Shown here: in pieces, positions 59,238 to 64,000 of the stretch
Position numbering within the stretch: the stretch's first letter is position 1
How the letters are laid out: the number at the start of each line of letters is the position of its first letter
Origin: an uncultured Gemmatimonadales bacterium
GTDB lineage: Bacteria > Gemmatimonadota > Gemmatimonadetes > Gemmatimonadales > Gemmatimonadaceae
Reading direction: 5' to 3'
Assembly (NCBI GenBank): GCA_963793305.1
Contig: CAWBZV010000003.1
Coordinates: forward strand, 224,001 to 288,000
DNA: 64,000 nt
Notes under the pieces: generated by a model
What the model saw: the letters and a program-made list of their open reading frames with translations, nothing else
Told to the model about the DNA's origin: nothing
Database searches by the model: none
Translations under genes and position numbers: made by a program

Positions 59238-59334
59238 GCGCAGGGACCTCACAAGTTGTGGTGACCAAATAACTTCAATCGCGCCGACAGCGCGCGCGAT
59301 GTCACCACAAGTGGCAAGTCTCGTGCAGAGACGC

Positions 59335-59367
59335 GAGCGGGGCGCCCGAAAACCGGACGCCCCGCTC
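59335..59367 (-). terminator. GC hairpin after csp gene
   Basis: GAGCGGGGCG...CGCCCCGCTC; weak U-tract. Confidence 0.5.
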
Positions 59368-59392
59368 ACTGACCTCTTCGTTCGCCGACGAA

Positions 59393-59614
59393 TTACCGGC
59401 CAGCGCCGCCCGACTTCACGACGTTCTCGGCTGCAGGACCCTTCTGCCCCTGCACGATGTCGAACTCGACGACATCACCCTCGGCCAGAGACTTGAACCC
59501 GTTGCCCTGGATCGCGCTGTAGTGGACGAAGCAGTCCTTCTGACCATTGTCCGGCGTGATGAACCCAAAGCCCTTCGCGTCGTTGAACCACTTCACTTTC
59601 CCGGTCGTACGCAT
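59393..59614 (-). CDS. Cold-shock protein (CspA family)
   Basis: [23 protein letters not shown]. Confidence 0.97.
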   Translation of the reverse strand: MRTTGKVKWFNDAKGFGFITPDNGQKDCFVHYSAIQGNGFKSLAEGDVVEFDIVQGQKGPAAENVVKSGGAGR

Positions 59615-59748
59615 TCCTACTCCTGAGAGATTTTTTGTCTAGGGAGCGGAGCGCGCCGTACCCCGACAAAGCAATGACGCGGGACCTGTGAGCCCCCCGC
59701 GAACTGGACTTGTTCGCCGATTGGACGGATTCTCGGCTTACGCGCGCG

Positions 59749-59777
59749 AATATAGCGAGGACAAGTTGTCCAGGCAA
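59749..59777 (-). promoter_or_regulatory. Sigma70 promoter of the csp gene, implying a ~130-nt 5' UTR
   Basis: TTGCCT-N17-TATATT on the minus strand. Confidence 0.65.
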
Positions 59778-59801
59778 GCCCAAACGCTAAGGGTTTTTTA
59801 A

Positions 59802-60195
59802 TCAAAGAGGCGCAGGTGATACGCCGTCGACGAAGTATTCGGTCTCGCCCCAGCAGTTCGTCGGGAGACCTTTGTGCTGCCGGTAGTGCAGCGCGACGCG
59901 TTTGCCGATCTGCGAGTTGATCGCCGAGGCGATCGAGTCGCTCCGGACCGTGAAATCCCAGAATGAGCGGCTGCACACCCGGCTGCGTGGTCTGCGCCAT
60001 CTCGCCTTCCCACGTCTTACAGAGCCACCCCTTCTGCGAGAACTTCTGCACGAACCCCGCCCGCTCGCCCGTGGAATACGAGAAGAAGCGCGCGGCCAGC
60101 GTGTAGAGCACGAATACCACTATGATCGTGAGCACCAGCAACACGCCAATGTTCCGTATCGGATGCGTGCGACGGGGCTCGGCGGCTGTGGTCAT
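59802..60195 (-). CDS. Membrane-anchored hypothetical protein (frameshift at ~59963)
   Basis: TM helix, YSTGERAGFVQKFSQKGWLCKTWEGEM; continues WDFTVRSD...VALHY...CWGETEYFVDG in another frame. Confidence 0.75.
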
Positions 60196-60225
60196 GGACC
60201 CGAAACTACCAATTAAGTTTGGGGC

Positions 60226-61454
<1,229 letters not shown>

Positions 61455-61455
<1 letters not shown>

Positions 61456-62144
61456 TGCTCGCGCTGCTTCTCGTCCTTCAGACAACAGTCGGCGCAATCA
61501 AGGGAGGGGTGATCGATACAACGAGACACCCGGTGCCCGGCGTCACCGTGAGCATCGTCGGCTCGACCATCTCCGCGCGCACCGACAGCGCCGGCGCCTT
61601 TCGCCTGAACAATGTGCCGGTCGGTCGCCAGATCGTGAGCGTTGGCCATGTCGCGAAACAGGTCGACGTCAAGCCCGACACCGCCATCGGCATCGTACTC
61701 ATGGCGCGCGACGTCGCGGCCCCGAGATACGTGTGGCTGGGCTGCAAACCGTTCGGCACCTGTAGCCAGATGCGCTACGTCGCGAGCTTGTTCAAAAGCG
61801 GTATTGCCCCTGGCGCCGGCGTCATTCGCGACTCGCTAGCCTGGTCGGCATTCCTGTCGCGCTACGCCACGGGAGACAATGCCGCGATCCGGGATGACAT
61901 CATCGACTGGACGCACGAGATGCTCGTGGTCGTGTGCGACGCGGGCATCAATCGCGTCGAGCGCCACCCGGACCGGCTGACCGTGCTCCTGGGCCCGGAT
62001 TCCATGACCGGCCCGATGTTCGGGCCAAATCCCGCGTTGCTCGCGACCGTGATCGCGGTCAAACGCACGACCCTGCCAGTCGAGTATCGCGCGATCCTCC
62101 CGATCACGCATGTCCCGCCGACGGTCGACTGGTCAGGTCAGTGA
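61455..62144 (+). CDS. Exported protein with carboxypeptidase-regulatory-like domain
   Basis: GAIKGGVID..PVPGVTV...TDSAGAFRLNNVPVG. Confidence 0.7.
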
Positions 62145-62507
62145 TTTGCTCCGGACGAGCATCCAGGCAAACCCGAGCGAGATCGCGACGCCCGTGACCC
62201 CCTGGGCGATTCGACCCAGCGCGATCTGCACGAGATCACCCAGGCCGTTGACGAGAAAGACACCGAGCGCGATATACCACGCCCAACGTTTGCCCCGCAG
62301 CAATCCAACGCCAGCCGCGCCGCAGACGGCGCCCAACGCGAGCAGCAATGCGCCGGCCAGGCGACCGATCGGCTGAAGAGCGGCATAGCCCCTCGGGTTC
62401 AGCGCCCCGAGCCCATCCAACACGGTACCGGGCACCACTAGCGAAAGGCCGACCAGCACCGCCATCAGCGTCGCGAAGAATAGAAACGCACTGACGACGA
62501 CGATCAC
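62133..62507 (-). CDS. Small 4-TM membrane protein
   Basis: Hydrophobic helices, GLLRGKRWAW; GTGA overlap with the upstream gene. Confidence 0.7.
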   Translation of the reverse strand: MIVVVSAFLFFATLMAVLVGLSLVVPGTVLDGLGALNPRGYAALQPIGRLAGALLLALGAVCGAAGVGLLRGKRWAWYIALGVFLVNGLGDLVQIALGRIAQGVTGVAISLGFAWMLVRSKSLT

Positions 62508-63502
62508 GGCAATGATGCCATGAAGTCAGCGAGATAGTTCTTCCAGACCACGGCCTTCGTATGCGTGCCGTGGCCGACGGTCTGATCCGTCGTCGGCAAG
62601 AGTACGAACTTGACGCGCTTGACCCGCTTGAGCAGTGGTTCCATCGTGCCGAGCTCCGGCGGGTTGATCGCGTCGTCGGCCGAGTTGATCGCCAACACCG
62701 GCGCAACGATGCGCTCCAAGTCAGCGGACGGATCGTAGTCGCGCGACGCATCGAGCTGATAGATGAGGTCATTGGCGTCGTCCTTCGCCATGCGGCTGCG
62801 CACAATCGCCATCTCGGCGCTGTCCGCCTTATCCCGCGTCGGTCCGGCCTTCTGCAGGACCAGCGGGCTCGTTGCCCAAAGTGACAAGAGCTGCATGGCC
62901 GGCGTGTACCCGTACGGCTGCTTCGTGTACTCTCCGCCGTTGTAGTCGGGCGAGTTTCGGATATCGTCCATCGCCATGCGGCGCCACATGCGATTGCGCC
63001 CGGTGAGCTGCGTCGGATTGCACGCCAGCGGGACGGCGCCATCCATGAACGTCGGATACCGTTCCAGCCACATCCACGAGTGCATGCAGCCCATCGACGT
63101 GCCCATGACCAGCCGCAGATGGCGCACGTGCAGCCCGTCGCTCACCAGCCGATACTCGGCCTCGACCATGTCCGCATACCCATAGTGCGGAAACTTCGCG
63201 TGCAGCCCATCGCTCGGCTTGCTCGACCCGCCGTGGCCAATATCGTCGGGCAGGATCACGAAATATTTCGTCGTGTCCAGCAGCTGTCCCGGGCCGAAGA
63301 GCTCGCCGGCGAAGATCGGCAGCAGGAACTGGTCGCCCGAGCCGCTCGTGCCGTGCATGATCAGCACAGCCTTGCCGCTGGAGGGTCCAAGCGTGCGATA
63401 GTGGATCCGCAGCTCGGGCATCACCTCGCCGTCGGCGAGCTTGACGTCGCGCGTCGTATAGTTGGCGGCCTGCACGAGGAGCAGCAGTAGGAGAGGGTTC
63501 AT
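62504..63502 (-). CDS. Homoserine O-acetyltransferase-like alpha/beta hydrolase
   Basis: IHYRTLG, PDDIGHG, GTSMGCMH, INSADD, GHGTH. Confidence 0.85.
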   Translation of the reverse strand: MNPLLLLLLVQAANYTTRDVKLADGEVMPELRIHYRTLGPSSGKAVLIMHGTSGSGDQFLLPIFAGELFGPGQLLDTTKYFVILPDDIGHGGSSKPSDGLHAKFPHYGYADMVEAEYRLVSDGLHVRHLRLVMGTSMGCMHSWMWLERYPTFMDGAVPLACNPTQLTGRNRMWRRMAMDDIRNSPDYNGGEYTKQPYGYTPAMQLLSLWATSPLVLQKAGPTRDKADSAEMAIVRSRMAKDDANDLIYQLDASRDYDPSADLERIVAPVLAINSADDAINPPELGTMEPLLKRVKRVKFVLLPTTDQTVGHGTHTKAVVWKNYLADFMASLP

Positions 63503-63519
63503 GGCACTATTATGCCATC

Positions 63520-64000
63520 ATGCGAGCGATGCTGCTCGAAGAGCCCCGCAAGCCGTTACACATGGTCGAATGGCCCGAGCCGACGCCGCTCGAAGGGCAA
63601 GTTCTGATTCATGTCCACGCCTGCGGTGTCTGTCGGACCGACCTCCACATCGTCGATGGGGAGCTCGGCGGAGCCGAGATCGGTCCAACCGACCAGTCGA
63701 GCAGCGCAGCTGCCTCGACGCGCGGCGGAGCCGCGCTGACGCAACCATCGCTGCCGCTGATCATCGGCCACGAGATCGTCGGCACGGTCGCCGCTCGCGG
63801 CCCGGGCGCGAATCGGTTCGCGGTCGGCGACCGGGTCGGCGTGCCCTGGCTCGGCTGGACCGACGACACCTGTTCGTATTGTCGGAGCGGGCGCGAAAAC
63901 CTGTGTCTCAACGCCCGATTCACAGGCTACACGATCGATGGCGGATATGCCGATGCGGTCATCGCCGACGAGCGCTATGCGGTGGCGATCCCCGCGTCGT
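63520..64000 (+). CDS. Zinc-dependent alcohol dehydrogenase (3' truncated) with a 24-aa in-frame insertion
   Basis: Translated by hand (not in the ORF track): MRAMLL...CGVCRTDLH...GHEIVG...GDRVGVPW...CSYC...ENLC. Confidence 0.92.
   Translation, partial: MRAMLLEEPRKPLHMVEWPEPTPLEGQVLIHVHACGVCRTDLHIVDGELGGAEIGPTDQSSSAAASTRGGAALTQPSLPLIIGHEIVGTVAARGPGANRFAVGDRVGVPWLGWTDDTCSYCRSGRENLCLNARFTGYTIDGGYADAVIADERYAVAIPAS
63663..63737 (+). repeat. Multi-hairpin repeat element, copy 5 (in-frame inside ADH)
   Basis: CTCGGC-GGA-GCCGAG ATCGGTCCAACCGACCA GTCGA-GCAGC-GCA-GCTGC-C-TCGAC GCGCGGC-GGA-GCCGCGC. Confidence 0.92.

Noticed and set aside
1154..60195. Frameshifted genes as true pseudogenes or programmed frameshifts
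   Set aside because: Single +1 events in otherwise intact housekeeping genes, no slippery heptamers seen, shared sequence context; sequencing error is more likely
62125..62140. TCGACTGGTC match to the repeat core
   Set aside because: Only a short match within coding sequence (VDWSG); flanking hairpins are absent

Overview
High-GC bacterial chromosomal segment. Gene content (SusC/SusD pair, Oar-like TonB receptor, MqnD, IspG, split PntA/PntB, arg cluster, OMP barrels) suggests Gemmatimonadota; this is an inference, not a database result. About 66 densely packed CDSs; no rRNA, tRNA, CRISPR array or transposase seen. Main findings: (1) a dispersed ~75-105 bp multi-hairpin element with GNA tri-loops and a CAACCGACCAGTCGAGC core, present 5 times; 4 copies sit in-frame inside unrelated genes (ECF sigma factor, MBL hydrolase, TonB receptor signal peptide, Zn-ADH), resembling Rickettsia palindromic elements. 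(2) A thioredoxin-NHL gene whose CxxC is replaced by TGA-x-x-C followed by a SECIS-like hairpin, i.e. a candidate selenoprotein. (3) 11 single-base frameshifts in 10 genes, probably sequencing errors; 7 are explained by the same GACRTC->GACRTTC change, a possible DNA-methylation footprint. (4) Many apparently leaderless and some bidirectional TANNNT promoters. (5) A tandem LytS kinase/pseudokinase, an orphan RepA-like initiator, an [FeFe]-hydrogenase-like membrane-anchored protein and a candidate structured small transcript between argC and argR.
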